From: Antedon mediterranea
Lineage: Eukaryota; Animalia; Echinodermata
NCBI RefSeq assembly: GCF_964355755.1
Contig: NC_092674.1
Span: 6,262,001-6,326,000, forward strand
Direction: 5' to 3'
DNA length: 64,000 bases
Shown here one piece after another: positions 1 to 13,941 of the stretch. Made by a program: the position numbers and the translations under genes. The stretch's first letter is position 1, and each line of letters opens with the position of its first letter. The notes beneath the pieces were generated by a model. That model was not told where the DNA came from. It worked only from the letters and a program-made list of their open reading frames with translations, and ran no database searches.

Positions 1-211
1 ATGTGTGTCCCTCGACATGTTTCTATATATATTATCCTGTCTACTATCTAACTATATAGGGGGCAAACTTGCAGATGAAAGAAGTGTTTTTCCAGCCTTG
101 AATTGGTTGATTCAGATTTTATGACCGTTGACGGTAATTTATTCCAAATAATAATAATATAGTTTTGCATAATATTATATTATATTTTGTCGTTTTTTTC
201 TTTTATTTCAG

Positions 212-3200
212 TTATTTCAAACATTATTACCTAACATCAATGATTAGCAATGGTTACTTGCTGTGGGTTTTGGTGAACGTTTACTTTCTTGGAGGACAAG
301 CACCCTCTTGGTACATCAAATGTGTTCAGATGCTTACCTATTACCCAGTAAACAAACCATCAGGTATTTTAGACTCTTATTTAAAACTGATTTAAGAAAA
401 AATTAAATTTGTAGGAATGATAATGATGAGTAAACAAGTATTTACAATTAAGACGTACTGTAGCTACAATTCACACACTTTGTGTACCATGCATTCCCTA
501 ATAATCTACCGTTCTCTCCAAAATTTCTCAAGGCAATAGTCGGTAAAGCCACCCTTTTATACTCAATATAAACAATGGGGAGTGAAGAAAAACCCCTAAA
601 AAATGGTAGTGCAATGGCTTTTGAACCTTGATCTATTGTAACGTAGGAAGCCATTCGCCTGGCCTAGCTTGAAGCAATAACTCATTACAGGGTACTTGCA
701 TCAAACGTCATAGCTCCCTCTATTTAGTAATTTGGAGTGGCAATAGCCTTACTGTAACTATATATTCTAAATCTGCAGAATTCACAAACTTCCTCATGAA
801 AATATTGCTGATATCATAATAAATACATAAATGCATGAAAAACGTTGTACAAATGAAAGAATAGATGACGTTTTATAATTGCTATTATTATCTTTTCAGT
901 GTCGCATCTTTCGGTGCTGTTAATGGCTACAGTGATCGTGTTTCAAGGTACAAAGCGTTTCTTAGAGTGCGTCATATTAAGCAAGTACTCAAAGGCTACC
1001 ATGAATGTAGTTCATTACGTTCTTGGTATAACATTTTATCTCTTTTGTGGATTTTCATTGATAAGTGAAGCACCAGATTTAAGTAAGCCTGGTGAGTATC
1101 CCTTACTCCATGGTATCCCTAGAAGGTAATATGATTTTTATTAACACATTGAAACACCGGTTTTCGTCCATTCACCAAAGTTAATCAATGGTTTGGATGG
1201 AAGACTATATGACAATATCAAGTGCTGTATAGACAAAATGTAGCTGGGGTCCCATCAAGCCCCACCCCTGCATCTAGTACCCCTTTCACACAAGTGAAAG
1301 GGGTACAAGCAAAACTCCGGAGACACTCCAGAGGCACCCCGGAGTTGACGCCCCGCTGTTTGGTGTGAAAGGTAAAATCAAGCAACTCCGGAGTTTAAAA
1401 CTGCGGGGTTGAACAGCTGAACATTCTCCGGAGAGCGAACTGCAGGGACACCCCGGTGTTTTGGTGTGAAAGGTACCAACATCAAACTCCGGAGTGTTTC
1501 GGGTCAAAAGGTCATCCTCACACGATCACTCATTGCTTTAGTTTTATTTCAAAATACTTTAAATATTTGTACAAAATATATAGCGGGTTTAAAAAATAAT
1601 AAATAGTATCAATAAAACATTATATTACTTCTGAGACTTTTGAAAGTAATTATTAAATTAAAAATGTTGTTAATTAAAATTATTCTAATAATCGTCGCTA
1701 TGTAAAAAAAAATAGAGGGCGACATTTACAATTTTATTTTATTAACCCCGGTGTTGCTAGGTTGGTGTGAAAGGGGTATCTCCGGAGTGTCTCGACGTTT
1801 TGAATGGTCATAAACACCCCGTGGTGTCTCCGGAGACACACCAGAGTTTTGGTGTGAAAGGGGTATAGTATCTGCCTCAGCCTTTCTTCTGGGGACTCAA
1901 AATGGTCCTAGCTTAGTCTACATTCATGGATGAAACTATCAAACTTTATGTGACAAAAAATAGTGATGTGCATAATGATGTCATATCACTACCGTATTTG
2001 GGCATACCACTACCATATTTGGGCACAGGAAATTTTTTTTGTCAAACTATAAAAAACAAAATGAATGTTTGTGAGTGCAATGGTACAAATTTGTTCATGA
2101 AGTGAAAATAGAACATATTTTTTTCCATGCAATATTCGTGTTCATTTTAAAACATCTACTGTTTTAAAGTTCTAAGATAATAACTTAGATTTTATTCTTT
2201 TCAGTTCCATTTACTGGTCCAGTTGAATTATTTAAACAGCAGATTCGGTGGTATCATATTTTTGCTATTCTTCTCTACGTATGGAGTAGTTGGCATCAGT
2301 ATATCTGTCATAAAATATTTTCTGACTTAAGAAAAACAGATAAAGGTTAGTATTTGTGACATTTTCCTTTACTCTACAGAACTGTGCTTTGAGAATTGAT
2401 AATCGTCGTGAGGTGGTTTCCCGAATGATTGTAAAATCAAAACGGTACTGGGTATGACCAACTAGCGTTATTGTCACCGGCTAGTCATCCATTCATAGAA
2501 GTACTAATGTAGTAGCCTACCTGTGCGGTGACCATAGAATGTGACCCGAGGCATGACTAACTACGACTTTTAGATGATAGAAAGTTGAGAAAAATGTTAC
2601 GAGTAGTTGTACAACATGAAGATGTTTATGAAATTATGTTAAAGATGTAAAACATATTACATTAGGCATATAAACAGTAATGTGTGTTAGTAAAAATAAT
2701 TCTATGTTAAAAGATATAAGGAAGAAAAGCAAAGAGATTATGGAGCGGCTGTACCTGAATATAAATATTGTAAGGTTAAAAACTAGAAATTTAGGGGATC
2801 TTGTCTGCCTGTTCACAAAACTGTGTATTCATTAGGATAATAGGCAAGTTTTGCAATCATACGAAAAACGAATATATCAAAATTTTCATAAGAGCATAAA
2901 ATCTGTTTCAAATGGCAACAAAGTATTGAATGCACTGTGCAAATTAAAGTAAATAAATACTGTACTAAAATAGCAAAATACTAATAAATTACTTAAAATA
3001 AATATATATTAATATAACCGTATGCATTCAGAACAAAATGTGGTAAATAAATTTGTTAATAATATTCGTATTGGACTGGAGAAATACAACTACGTAAAAA
3101 TAAATATATGGACGAATATGAAACAATGATCAGCTTAGAAGTTTCAAAATTCATGATATTATTTTTATTATTGCAAAACCTCTACATTAAAAATCTTTAC

Positions 3201-3565
3201 TTTTAGTTCATATTTGTCTTTAGATGCATTTTATGAAAAAAAAAAAAACCTGAAATGCGACATAATTTGAACGAGAGTATCTTGTAATTTAACTGAAGTT
3301 GTTTTCCTTTACAGATAAAAATTCGCACAAGATTCCGTACGGAGACTGGTTCCAGTACGTCAGCTGTCCGCATTACTTTTTTGAGATACTAATTTACACA
3401 TCCGGAATCTTCATGTTAGGATTTAGTCATCAGATGTGGTATATGGTGTACGCATTTGTAATAACCAATCAGCTAGCAGCGTCTTACACCGTCCATAAAT
3501 GGTATAAAGACAAATTTGAAGACTATCCTAAAAATAGAACAGCGGTTATTCCATTTGTTTATTAA
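212..3565 (+). CDS. SRD5A3: Polyprenol reductase / steroid 5-alpha-reductase 3 (5' end outside window); exons 212-363, 900-1091, 2205-2345, 3315-3565
   Basis: GT-AG bounded exons join in frame: YFKHYY..., QGTKRFLECVILSKYSKATMNVVHYVLGITFY, WSSWHQYICHKIFSDLRK, HKIPYGDWFQYVSCPHYFFEILIY...HKWYKDKFEDYPKNRTAVIPFVY*. These match the steroid 5-alpha-reductase C-terminal family, SRD5A3/Dfg10 type. Confidence 0.9.
1145..1232 (+). mobile_element. Degenerate 5S rRNA-derived SINE head
   Basis: TTGAAACACCGGTTTTCGTCCATTCACCAAAGTTAATCAA...TTGGATGG...GTGCTGTA resembles 5S rRNA with deletions; same type of head as the copies at 28975 and 32282. Confidence 0.55.
1278..1865. mobile_element. PIF/Harbinger-like MITE in SRD5A3 intron
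   Basis: TIR TACCCCTTTCACAC...GTGTGAAAGGGGTA, 3-bp TSD TAG (1275-1277 and 1866-1868), internal repeats of CTCCGGAG and GGTGTGAAAGG. Confidence 0.8.
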
Positions 3566-4464
3566 AAATAATTGATTAAAGGTGGAGAATGTGTATCTTT
3601 CGTATCTAAATGGCTAAAAAATTTACTTTTCATAATTCTATATTATGCGATGGTATTTCTATACATGGTTATTAATCAGCATAATTGAGAAGTCAAAAAT
3701 GTGCAAAAATGTACCTTTTTTCGAAAATTTTCCTGTACAGGGATTTTTTTCGAAAATTACCAATTTTCGCAATTTTTATTTTTCGATATAACTGGTTACT
3801 ATATTAACATGCGCAGAACACATTATTTGACTTTGTGCATGTTAATTATTATATAGTAACCAGTGATGTAAAAAATGACCAAATTATTATTATTCGATGA
3901 TCTTTATAGTACCATAGAAACCAGTTTTGTCAACAAATAAAAAGTTCGAAAAATCTTGTACTATCTTGTACTATAGTACAGGAATATTATCGAAAAATGA
4001 CCAAAATATAAAGTTTTTAAAATTCAATTATTATTCGATAATATTTCTGTATATGATCATATATTCCGTTATCATCTTATAGTACCATAGACGCCAGTTT
4101 TGTCAAAAAATAAAAAGGCAAAAACGTGGCTATTTAAAAAAAAAAAAAATCCTTTGTGAAAAATAGCCAAGTTTCGACCCTTTTATTTTTTTACATAACT
4201 AGTTGCTATGGCTCTATAAGATGATTTATATAGGGCCTACTGTTATGAAACCTCTAAGCGCTGAACATTATTACCCCAGTCATTTTTTATTTATTTATTT
4301 ATCTAACACGTAGGGAAACATACCCCCATAATAATGCAGCTAGTAATAATATAAGTGCAAAGTTGTGTCTTGCTATAACCTGGCTCCCATTTCTACACCT
4401 GGGTAAAGAGAGGAAAATGTAAGTAAAATATCTTAATAATATAATATAATAAGGATATAAGCAA

Positions 4465-4540
4465 TGCGGCGAGAGTTGGATTCGAACCTCAACCAGTAGT
4501 CGAACGTCAAAACACACTGCGCCACACGCCCTTACTAATT
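4465..4540 (-). mobile_element. tRNA-derived SINE head
   Basis: Minus strand reads GGGCGTGTGGCGCAGTG...GGTTCGAATCC (A and B boxes) but there is no intact cloverleaf. Confidence 0.5.
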
Positions 4541-4575
4541 CTAGGTGATACAATTACGGAATGTCTAGACTAGTT

Positions 4576-5098
4576 ACCCCCGTGACAGATTGCAGTCCCC
4601 CACAATTAATTGTGCTCAACATCACTTATTCCGCAAACCGTTTGAGCGGAATATAAAACTCCTAAAATTAAGCATTATGAATGCAACGTCAATTTTAGCG
4701 GTTTTGTAGAATCATTTTTCGATTTCCCACTAGTCATAATAGTTGTTATTCATCTAATGAAGACCTTTTGTAGCCCAGCCTTTTTACAGTGTCGTCAATA
4801 AAAATAGAAACATTATTATATTAGTACAAAAGTTACAATTCGTAAAAAACTATACTTTATAACCTGATGTTGAGAATAAAAATGATATGACATAAATGCA
4901 TATAAAAACTTATTTAGATTACAGAGAACAGCGTTGTTTTTTATTCAGTGTAGGCGATTGCTTTACAAAAGTAAGTAATCTTCTTGAGATTACGAGTACT
5001 GTCTGATGGTATTTATGAACTATATATTAAAAATGTTAATATATTGCACCTCCTATAATATATAGTTATTAACTAGAGGGTGCAATCTGTCACGGGGT
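4576..5098. mobile_element. MITE-like element inserted in the satellite complex
   Basis: Inverted termini CCCCGTGACAGATTGCA / TGCAATCTGTCACGGGG; TSD not resolved. Confidence 0.55.
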
Positions 5099-8000
5099 CC
5101 TATAAGATGATGTGAACGCAATATATGTGCATAAATGACAATATTATCGCATAATTATTGAATTTAAAAAAGTAGACATTTTTCGAAAAAAATTGTGAAA
5201 AATAGACAAATTTTGACACTTTCATTTGTTGACATAACTAGTTGCTATGGCTCTATAAGATGATGTTAACACAATATATGTGGATTAGTGGCAATATTAT
5301 CGCGTAATTATTGATTTAAAAAAATTAGAAATTTTGCCAAAAAATATCAAATGTCAAAAAATAAAAGGGTCGAAAATCGGCCATTTTTCGAAAATTTCCT
5401 GTACTATAGTTCAGGGATTTTTTCAAAAAAATGGCAAATTTTTGACCTTTTTATTTTTCGATAAAACTGGTTACTATAGCACAATTAACATGCGCAGAAC
5501 CCATCAGTCGACTCTGCGCATGTTTATTATGCTATAGTAAATTACCATTGCACAATTGACATGCGCAGAACCCATTATTCGCCTCTGCTCATGTTTTTAT
5601 ACTATAGTAACAATTTATGTCAGAACTAGTTACCATAGCACAATTAACATGCGCAGACCCCATTAGTCGGCTCTGCGCATGTTTATTTTGCTATAGTAAC
5701 CATTTATGTCAAAAGTTGTTACTATAGCACAATTAACATGCGCAGAACCCATTATTCGACTCTGCGCATGTTTATTATACTATAGTAACCATTTATGTCA
5801 AAACTGGTTACCATAGCACAATTGACATGCGCAGAACCCATTTTTCGTCTCTGCGCATGTTTATTATGCAATAGTAACTATTTATGTCAAAAAATAAAAG
5901 GGTCGAAAATCGGCCATTTTTCGAAAATTTTCTGTACTATAGTACAGGGATTTTTTTTAAAAAATGGCGAATTTTCGACCTTTTTATTTTTCGATAAAAT
6001 TGGTTACTATAGCACAATTAACATGCGCAGAAGCCATTAGTCGACTCTGCGCATGTTTATTTTGCTATAGTAACCATTTATGTCAAAAGGGGTTACTATA
6101 GCACAATTGACATGCGCAGAACCCATTTGTCGACTCTGCGCATGTTTATTATGCAATAGTAACCATTTATGTCAAAAAATAAACGGGTCCAAAATCGGCC
6201 ATTTTTAGAAAATTTCCTGTACTATAGTTCAGGGATTTTTTTTAAAAAAATGTCAAATTTTCGACCTTTTTATTTTTTGATAAAACTGGTTACTATAGCA
6301 CAATTAACATGCGCAGACCCCATTAGTCGGCTCTGCGCATGTTTATTTTGCTATAGTAACCATTTATGTCAAAAGTTGTTACTATAGCACAATTAACATG
6401 CGCAGAACCCATTATTCAACTCTGCGCATGTTTATTATACTATAGTAACCATTGATGTCAAAACTGGTTACCATAGCACAATTGACATGCGCAGAACCCA
6501 TTTTTCGTCTCTGTGCATGTTTATTATGCAATAGTAACCATTTATGTCAAAAAATAAAAGGGTCGAAAATCGGCCATTTTTCGCAAATTTCCTGTACTAT
6601 AGTACAGGGATTTTTTCAAAAAAATGGCGAATTTTCGACCTTTTTATTTTTCGATAAAATTGGTTACTATAGCACAATTAACATGCGCAGAAGCCATTAG
6701 TCGACTCTGCGCATGTTTATTTTGCTACAGTAACCATTTATGTCAAAAGTGGTTACTATAGCACAATTGACATGCGCAGAACCCATTGGTCGACTCTGCG
6801 CATGTTTATTATGCAATAGTAACCATTTATGTCAAAAAATAAAAGGGTCGGAAATCGGCCATTTTTCGAAAATTTCCTGTACTATAGTTCAGGGATTTTT
6901 TAAAAAAAATGGCAAATTTTCGACCTTTTTATTTTTCGATAAAACTGGTTACTATAGCACAATTAACATGCGCAGAACCCATCAGTCGACTCTGTGCATG
7001 TTTATTATGCTATAGTAAATTACCATTGCACAATTGACATGCGCAGAACCCATTATTTGTCTCTGCTCATGTTTTTATACTATAGTAACAATTTATGTCA
7101 AAACTAGTTACCATAGCACAATTGACATGCGCAGAACCCATTGGTCGACTCTGCGCATGTTTATTTTGCTATAGTAACCATTTATGTCAAAAGTGGTTAC
7201 TATAGCACAATTGACATGCGCAGAACCCATTGGTCGACTCTGCGCATGTTTATTATGCAATAGTAACCATTTATGTCAAAAAATAAAAGGGTCGGAAATC
7301 GGCCATTTTTCGAAAATTTCCTGTACTATAGTTCAGGGATTTTTTCAAAAAAATGGCAAATTTTCGACCTTTTTATTTTTCGATAAACTGGTTACTATAG
7401 CACAATTAACATGCGCAGAACCCATCAGTCGACTCTGCGCATGTTTATTATGCTATAGTAAATTACCATTGCACAATTGACATGCGCAGAACCCATTATT
7501 CGTCTCTGCTCATGTTTTTATACTATAGTAACAATTTATGTCAAAACTAGTTACCATAGCACAATTGACATGCGCAGAACCCATTGGTCGACTCTGCGCA
7601 TGTTTATTATGCAATAGTAACCATTTATGTCAAAAAATAAAAGGGTCGAAAATCGGCCATTTTTCGAAAATTTCCTGTACTATAGTACAGGGATTTTTTC
7701 AAAAAAATTGCAAATTTTCGACCTTTTTATTTTTCGATAAAACTGGTTACTATAGCGCAGACCCCTTTAGTCGGCTCTGCGCATGTTTATTTTGCTATAG
7801 TAACCATTTATGTCAAAAGTTGTTACTATAGCACAATTAACATGCGCAGAACCCATTATTCGACTCTGCGCATGTTTATTATACTATAGTAACCATTGAT
7901 GTCAAAACTGGTTACCATAGCACAATTGACATGCGCAGAACCAATTTTTCGTCTCTGCGCATGTTTATTATGCAATAGTAACCATTTATGTCAAAAAATA

Positions 8001-9950
8001 AAAGGGTCGAAAATCGGCCATTTTTTGAAAATTTCCTGTACTATAGTACAGGGATTTTTTCAAAAAAATGGCGAATTTTCGACCTTTTTATTTTTCGATA
8101 AAATTGGTTACTATAGCACAATTAACATGCGCAGAAGCCATTAGTCGACTCTACGCATGTTTATTTTGCTATAGTAACCATTTATGTCAAAAGTGGTTAC
8201 TATAGCACAATTGACATGTGCAGAACCCATTGGTCGACTCTGCGCATGTTTATTATGCAATAGTAACCATTTATGTCAAAAAATAAAAGGGTCGGAAATC
8301 GGCCATTTTTCGAAAATTTCCTGTACTATAGTTCAGGGATTTTTTCAAAAAAATGGCAAATTTTCGACCTTTTTATTTTTCGATAAAACTGGTTACTATA
8401 GCACAATTAACATGCGCAGAACCCATCAGTCGACTCTGCCCATGTTTATTATGCTATAGTAAATTACCATTGCACAATTGACATGCGCAGAACCCATTAT
8501 TCGCCTCTGCTCATGTTTATTATACTATAGTAACCATTTATGTCAAAACTGGTTACTATAGCACAATTAACATGCGCAGAACCCATCGGTCGACTCTGCG
8601 CATGTTTATTATGCAATAGTAACCATTTATGTCAAAAAATAAAAGGGTCGAAAATCGGCCATTTTTCGAAAATTTCCTGTACTATAATAGTACAGGGATA
8701 TTTTCAAAAAAATTTTCGACCTTTTTATTTTCGATAAAACTGGTTACTATAGCACAATTAACATGCGCAGAATTTATTAGTCGACTCTGCACATGTTTAT
8801 TATGCTATAGTAACCATTTATGTCAAAAGTGGTTACTATAGCACAATTGACATGCACAGAACCGATTATTCGCCTCTGCGCATGTTTATTATACTATAGT
8901 AACCATTTATGTCAAAACTGGTTACCATAGCACAATTTACATGCGCAGGACTCATTGTTTGTCTCTGCGCATGTTTATTATGCAATAGTAACCATTTAAT
9001 AAAAAGGGTAGAAAATCGACCATTTTTCGAAAATTTCCCTGTATAATAGTACAGGGATTTTTTTTCGGAAAAATAGCTAAAATATCAAGTTCTTAAAATT
9101 CAATTATTATTCAATAATATTGCTGTATATGATCATATATTGGCTATCATAGGTAGAATTTTGGAAAAAAAACTGACTATATAATTCAATACGCGATAAT
9201 ATTATTATATGCATATGTTATTTGGAAGGAGCTGTTTTCTTAAACATGTCTATTCACCTGTTGGCTTCAATCTGCTATCATTAACACTTTTGCATCCTGC
9301 AACAATAAATTAATGACACACTAGTCTTAGCTTTGATGTTTTATTTGCAAATAACATCTACAGATTTTCAAGACTGTGAACTAACAGTAAAAAAAAACAA
9401 AACATTATTCACTGTAATTCTCACTATACCTTGCTGTACGATTGATAATTCGTGGTTACTTGTGAAACATTTACAAAATATCAAGTGTTGTCAAAAACAA
9501 TACATTCTATGCTTTCTGGTTGATTAAGAACATTCTTTTGCTGCGTTTGGCGCCTCATACCTTTGAATCCTAAATATCCATAAATGCTTAGTTGCAAAGC
9601 TACCGATTTCTAACTATGTGAGCATTTTAAGGTAAACATACAATTTAAGTTCATGAAAACATCAATTTATCACCGAATGATAAAATTCTAAATACAGACA
9701 TTATAACAATTTTAAAAAGCAGGAAAATTTATTAAAAGACATGACATTTTCAATAATATATGGAAAGTAGTAAAAACTATATTTTAATTTTTTTTAAAGC
9801 AATTTTCTAAACGAATTACAATCACAACCATTATCTAACCCCTAAAATAACATTACATAATATTTATTTGAAAGAAAATAAATGTTTCAAAAGTTGATGT
9901 TCATCAGGATGATGTCATTCCAGTTGAAACGGTGAGGATGAAAAGAGCCA

Positions 9951-12900
9951 TCAGCGCAGTAAGAAACTGAAAGAAAATAAATGATGGTAACACGTTTATG
10001 GGTCTTTCATTCATGTGGTTGTTGAATTGATCAATTATCATTATTTGTTCTTTATATTGGGTAGCCTCTTCAGTCAGACTGTTCTCCCAGAGGGCCAAGT
10101 GTATAGTACTATGATGCGTTTGTGACAGTGGCTGTGTGTGAACTAGTATACCGGGGTAACCCCCTACTCGTTTTGAAAGATGTACTAGTTTCTTTAAAGT
10201 GCACATGAACCATATGTGTACACGGACCTATGGTTTATAGTCCTTATCCGAGAAGACTCGTTCCACCACCAGAACCACGGAGTGAGTGAGCCTCGAATTC
10301 TTGCTGATGTTATGGCTACATAATGGTATTAAAATAAGAAATAAAGTTTGTTTTACCTGTATGGGTAACCTCTGTATTTGGAACGAAATATTGATAAAAT
10401 AAGACTGAAGAAAAACACTATCATAAACAGACCTATGATGGTCATTACTGAAATATAAAAAGAAAAATTAATTTATTTAAAAATACAAGACTGCTGAGTG
10501 ATACTTGCTTATGTCTTTTTCATTCTTAACATTAATAGTATTATTATAAAATACAAGACTGTAGAGTGATACTTGCTTACGCCTTTTTCATTCTTAATAT
10601 TAATGTTATTTATTTACGATCGATCTTACCTCTTTTCTGACCACCATTTGTTTCTGTAATAAAATTATCTTTACTTAATAACACCATTCCCACAGTCAGA
10701 AAGGCATCTGTTTACCAAATGTCAAGGGTCAAATGAAGTAAAGCTTGGGTAGGCAGTCCTTTACTTAAATCTGTCCAGTAACTGTAAATTCTGCAGAACA
10801 GCATGTTTTTCACATGTGCTGCCTGTATCATAAAACCTAACCTTCCATGATACAGGCAGCACATGTGACACAGATGAGATGCTGTATTACAGAATTTGCC
10901 TATGAATATATTTATATATGTGGCGATACAGCACTGAGAATTGAGTGTAACCAGCATGTGCCATAAAACAAACCCACTTGACTTCAATTAAAGGATACAT
11001 AAAACAAATATGATATATGTCTCTGCTTGGAACTGTCCCTGGCTGCTACCATGGATGTAGTTCTAAATGAAAAAAAAAAAAAAAATTCAATACACAGAAA
11101 TAGGTTGGTATATAAAACAAGAATTTTGTCCACAAGAAGTTTAAGGACAGTTAACATCCCTACCACCCACTTCCTTTTGGTTGTATATAACCTTCTTAAT
11201 CTTTTTACACACAAGTATGTGGTTTCTTTATGGCAATAATTATTGTGACATACTCACCACTTGGCCCGATTGAGGGTTTCTATGAGCAAATGGTGGGCCT
11301 CTTATGTGATTCCACATCTGACCAGACATCATTGAGAATACAACCAACTAAAACAACAAGTTTGAGTTTATCAGTGTTGGCATTGAAACTTGGTTGAGAG
11401 AGCAAAAAAAATGCAATTTTATTAAAGAATCAAGTACTTCGGGTGAGATATAAAGCCGTTGGTCCTGTGTACATAGTGCTTGGTACACTATTCGCAAAGA
11501 GTAGCCTAATCTCAATTTCTTCAGTTTCTAGTTAAGCTTAAGGACAAATACCTTGACGAGGCTAAACAACTTATCCTCTCTTAGTTTAGTGCATTTTAAA
11601 CTGTACGTGTATATGCCAAGCTATTATTTGAGTATTAAGTAATCTTAATTATACACATGCTTACCAGTGCCAGCATACCCCACATGTTTTTATTGTAAAG
11701 AAATTCCAGGTTATTTCTTCTGAAGTATAACAACCCAGCAATGGTTGTAAGGGCCAGGCCAAGTAGTAGAATTCCAGCATGGTTTGGTGGACGAAAGATT
11801 CTTATCTGGAAAAAATTAAAATAATAAATATGTAAATACAAACACTTTTTGTTTGAAAAGGGCTTTGAAACTTATAAAGAACTAAGCGACTACAAGATGA
11901 ACTAAGCGACTACAATATGAACTAAGCGACTACAAGATGAACTAACCGTTACATCAGTACGCTCGGCAACCCACTTGGCAATTTGTTCAGCCTGAAATCC
12001 AAGCCTACAATAAATCAAAAATTTAACATAAAAAGAAATATATAAAGAATAAATATTTTTTATGTTGATGTATTATTTTTTTATTTTAGTTTTCTTTATT
12101 CAGAAAGGAAAGTGAGGATTGTGGGGGATAAAATGAGAATTATGGGGTAAAAAAAAGTAAGGATTGTGGGGTAAAAAAAAGTAAGGATTGTGGGGTAAAA
12201 AAGTAAGGTTTGTGGGGTAAAAAAGTAAGTATTGTGGGGAAGAAAAGCAAGGATTGTAGGAGGAAAGTGCTGAGTGCGGGAAAAAAGGTGAGGATTGTGG
12301 GAAAAAAAGTAAGGATTGTGGGGCAAAAACGTGAGGATTGTGGGGAAAAAAAGTGAGGATTGTGGGAAAAAAAAGTAAGGCTTATGGGGAAGAAAAGCAA
12401 GGATTGTGGGGGAAAAAGTGAGGAAAGGAATACTTATGTGATAATCTAAAGAGGGAATAAAATGGTTTAATCATACCGTTGCATATCAAATGTATCGGCC
12501 TTCTTTGGCTTTCCTTTCATGGGAAAATGTATTATACTTGGAGCTGACGTTGCTTTTAGCTGTACATAAACAATTCAAAAGACAAAAATTATTAATGAAG
12601 AGGCTGATAGATGTCATTGGCAGCTACACACTGCAGAGGAGGGGGGGGGGGGAGGGCTGGCTTACAGAGAGAGGCTACTGTACTTACTGCAGAGAAAACA
12701 TCCTGCCCACTGTCATAATCCACACTGACAAAAAAAAGTTTATTTGAGTAGGAACCGGAAAAGCGCCATGAATTTGCCAGGATCTGGAACTCTTCATTCA
12801 CTTGCCTAAAAAAGAAGATATAAAATATTTAATTAAGTCATTGTATATAATTTTAATCGATCCAATCTGTCTACTCAGTGGTTTCTCGCTGTTGAATACG

Positions 12901-13673
12901 AGCGAAAATAATAAAGGTTTCTTAGGACAACTATGATTTCTTCGACAGATGAGAAAGCATGTTTCGGTAGTAGTATGATTTTTTAATGGACAGATGTGAG
13001 GAGAATTTCTTTCTTTCTAATGTTATGTATGATTATTATTAATAATATTAGAGGAAGTAGGAAGTTTAGAAGGTGCAGAAAAAGAAGAATAATACAGTTC
13101 TTACTTGCAAACTGAGCATTTTCTTCTTGAATCCATGGCGGTCAGCATTAGAATAACAGAATAATTTCTTGGCGAGGCTTTGATAAACTGGCGATACTTC
13201 TCACCGTTCATATTGATGACCGGTCTTTTGTAACTCCAATCCGTCAGTTGTTTTACTCGTTCTCCAAGAGTTTGCTGAAGAAAAAAAAATAATCAAGGTT
13301 AAATCGTTCACCAGGCCTACAAATAAAAATTCTTTAATCAAATTCAAAACTCGCATACAACAGAAAATACCGGTCGAGCCTAGGCCCAAGCATACGAAAC
13401 TGGGCGGAAGAAGGTCGAGTCGGCGTTGCCTGACTGAGCAGCGGTGCTAGGCTTGCTGCGAGCTCGACGGTACTGCTGTGTGGCCTGCGCTGGCTTGGAT
13501 GATTTGTGCACAAGTAAAAACTATCTATCTTTATATTTAACTGCATTATTATTTAGAAATACCTCTTTTTTCTTTGCATTAATCGACACATTCGTAAACA
13601 AGAAAATTAAGAAGGTAAACAGCCATAATTTTGCTATCGTAGCTAAGCCCCGATGCCGAACAGTCGCCGCCAT
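9951..13673 (-). CDS. TUSC3: Oligosaccharyltransferase oxidoreductase subunit TUSC3/MAGT1 (OST3/OST6 family), 11 exons, ~339 aa
   Basis: Exons 13563-13673, 13105-13274, 12688-12805, 12477-12559, 11947-12004, 11665-11805, 11258-11347, 10999-11062, 10630-10707, 10357-10447 and 9951-9966 total 1020 nt in frame. Signal peptide, thioredoxin-like [59 protein letters not shown]. Probably the single co-ortholog of TUSC3 and MAGT1. Confidence 0.95.
10075..10290 (-). mobile_element. SINE fragment with Deu-like core
   Basis: Reverse complement contains GTGCACTTTAAAGAAACTAG...GAGTAGGGGG...CCCCGGT, the same core as at 27408-27465. Confidence 0.55.
10708..10998 (-). other. U12-type (minor spliceosome) GT-AG intron in TUSC3/MAGT1
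   Basis: 5' splice site GTATCCTTT; branch site CCCTTGAC just upstream of the acceptor AG; no polypyrimidine tract. Confidence 0.85.
12105..12425. repeat. ~20-21-bp minisatellite (AAAAAAGTAAGGATTGTGGGG)n in a TUSC3 intron
   Basis: About 15 degenerate tandem units. Confidence 0.85.
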
Positions 13674-13682
13674 GATGAACAT

Positions 13683-13941
13683 AACACAAGTACAATTGTA
13701 CAGATCCTATTGGTTAACCAATTGCTAGGTTTGACAATCTAGCCAATAAAATCAAGCGTAGCATACACTTCTCGGTTACTGGGAGTACTGTCTGCTACCC
13801 TCTAGAGGACAGACGCCGAAGGGATTATTTATTTTTAATCAAGATCTCTCCGAGTGTAGTCCGTATCGGGAGTGTTTTGCTAATTATAAATGTATTTTAT
13901 CTATTTTCCTTTTAAGCAGAAGAAATAAATCGTTTCTGAAG
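13683..13941. promoter_or_regulatory. Candidate bidirectional promoter between TUSC3 and the sarcoglycan gene
   Basis: CCAAT boxes in both orientations (ATTGG ~13709, CCAAT ~13718 and ~13743) and locally CpG-richer sequence. The sarcoglycan ATG (16554) is preceded by an acceptor at 16543-16544, implying an upstream non-coding exon (candidate donor ~13941). Confidence 0.5.

Larger units (their letters stand above)
3680..9150. repeat. Composite hairpin satellite between convergent SRD5A3 and TUSC3 (homogeneous core ~5340-9070)
   Basis: An ~88-bp unit (ACTATAGCACAATTAACATGCGCAGA...TCTGCGCATGTTTATTATGCTATAGT) is interspersed with a ~110-bp palindromic unit (AAAATAAAAGGGTCGAAAAT...CCTGTACTATAGTACAGG...TTTTCGACCTTTTTATTTT). 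Degenerate copies lie at 3680-4230. A 1444-bp block duplication is visible (6452/7896, 6740/8184). Confidence 0.9.

Noticed and set aside
5334-8841. Repeated 65-98 aa Cys-rich ORFs (MSKLVTIAQLTCAEP...) resembling a peptide gene cluster
   Set aside because: They are translations of a palindromic satellite; frames shift between copies and no gene structure is present.
3577-9260. Defined Kolobok element enclosing the first satellite
   Set aside because: The left end TTAA-AGGTGG is suggestive, but the candidate right end (TTCACCT ~9258) lacks TTAA and the TIR match is weak, so boundaries were not called.
9880-9910. CTGATGA...GAAA hammerhead-like core on the minus strand (similar case at ~50550-50572)
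   Set aside because: Stem II and stem I cannot form.
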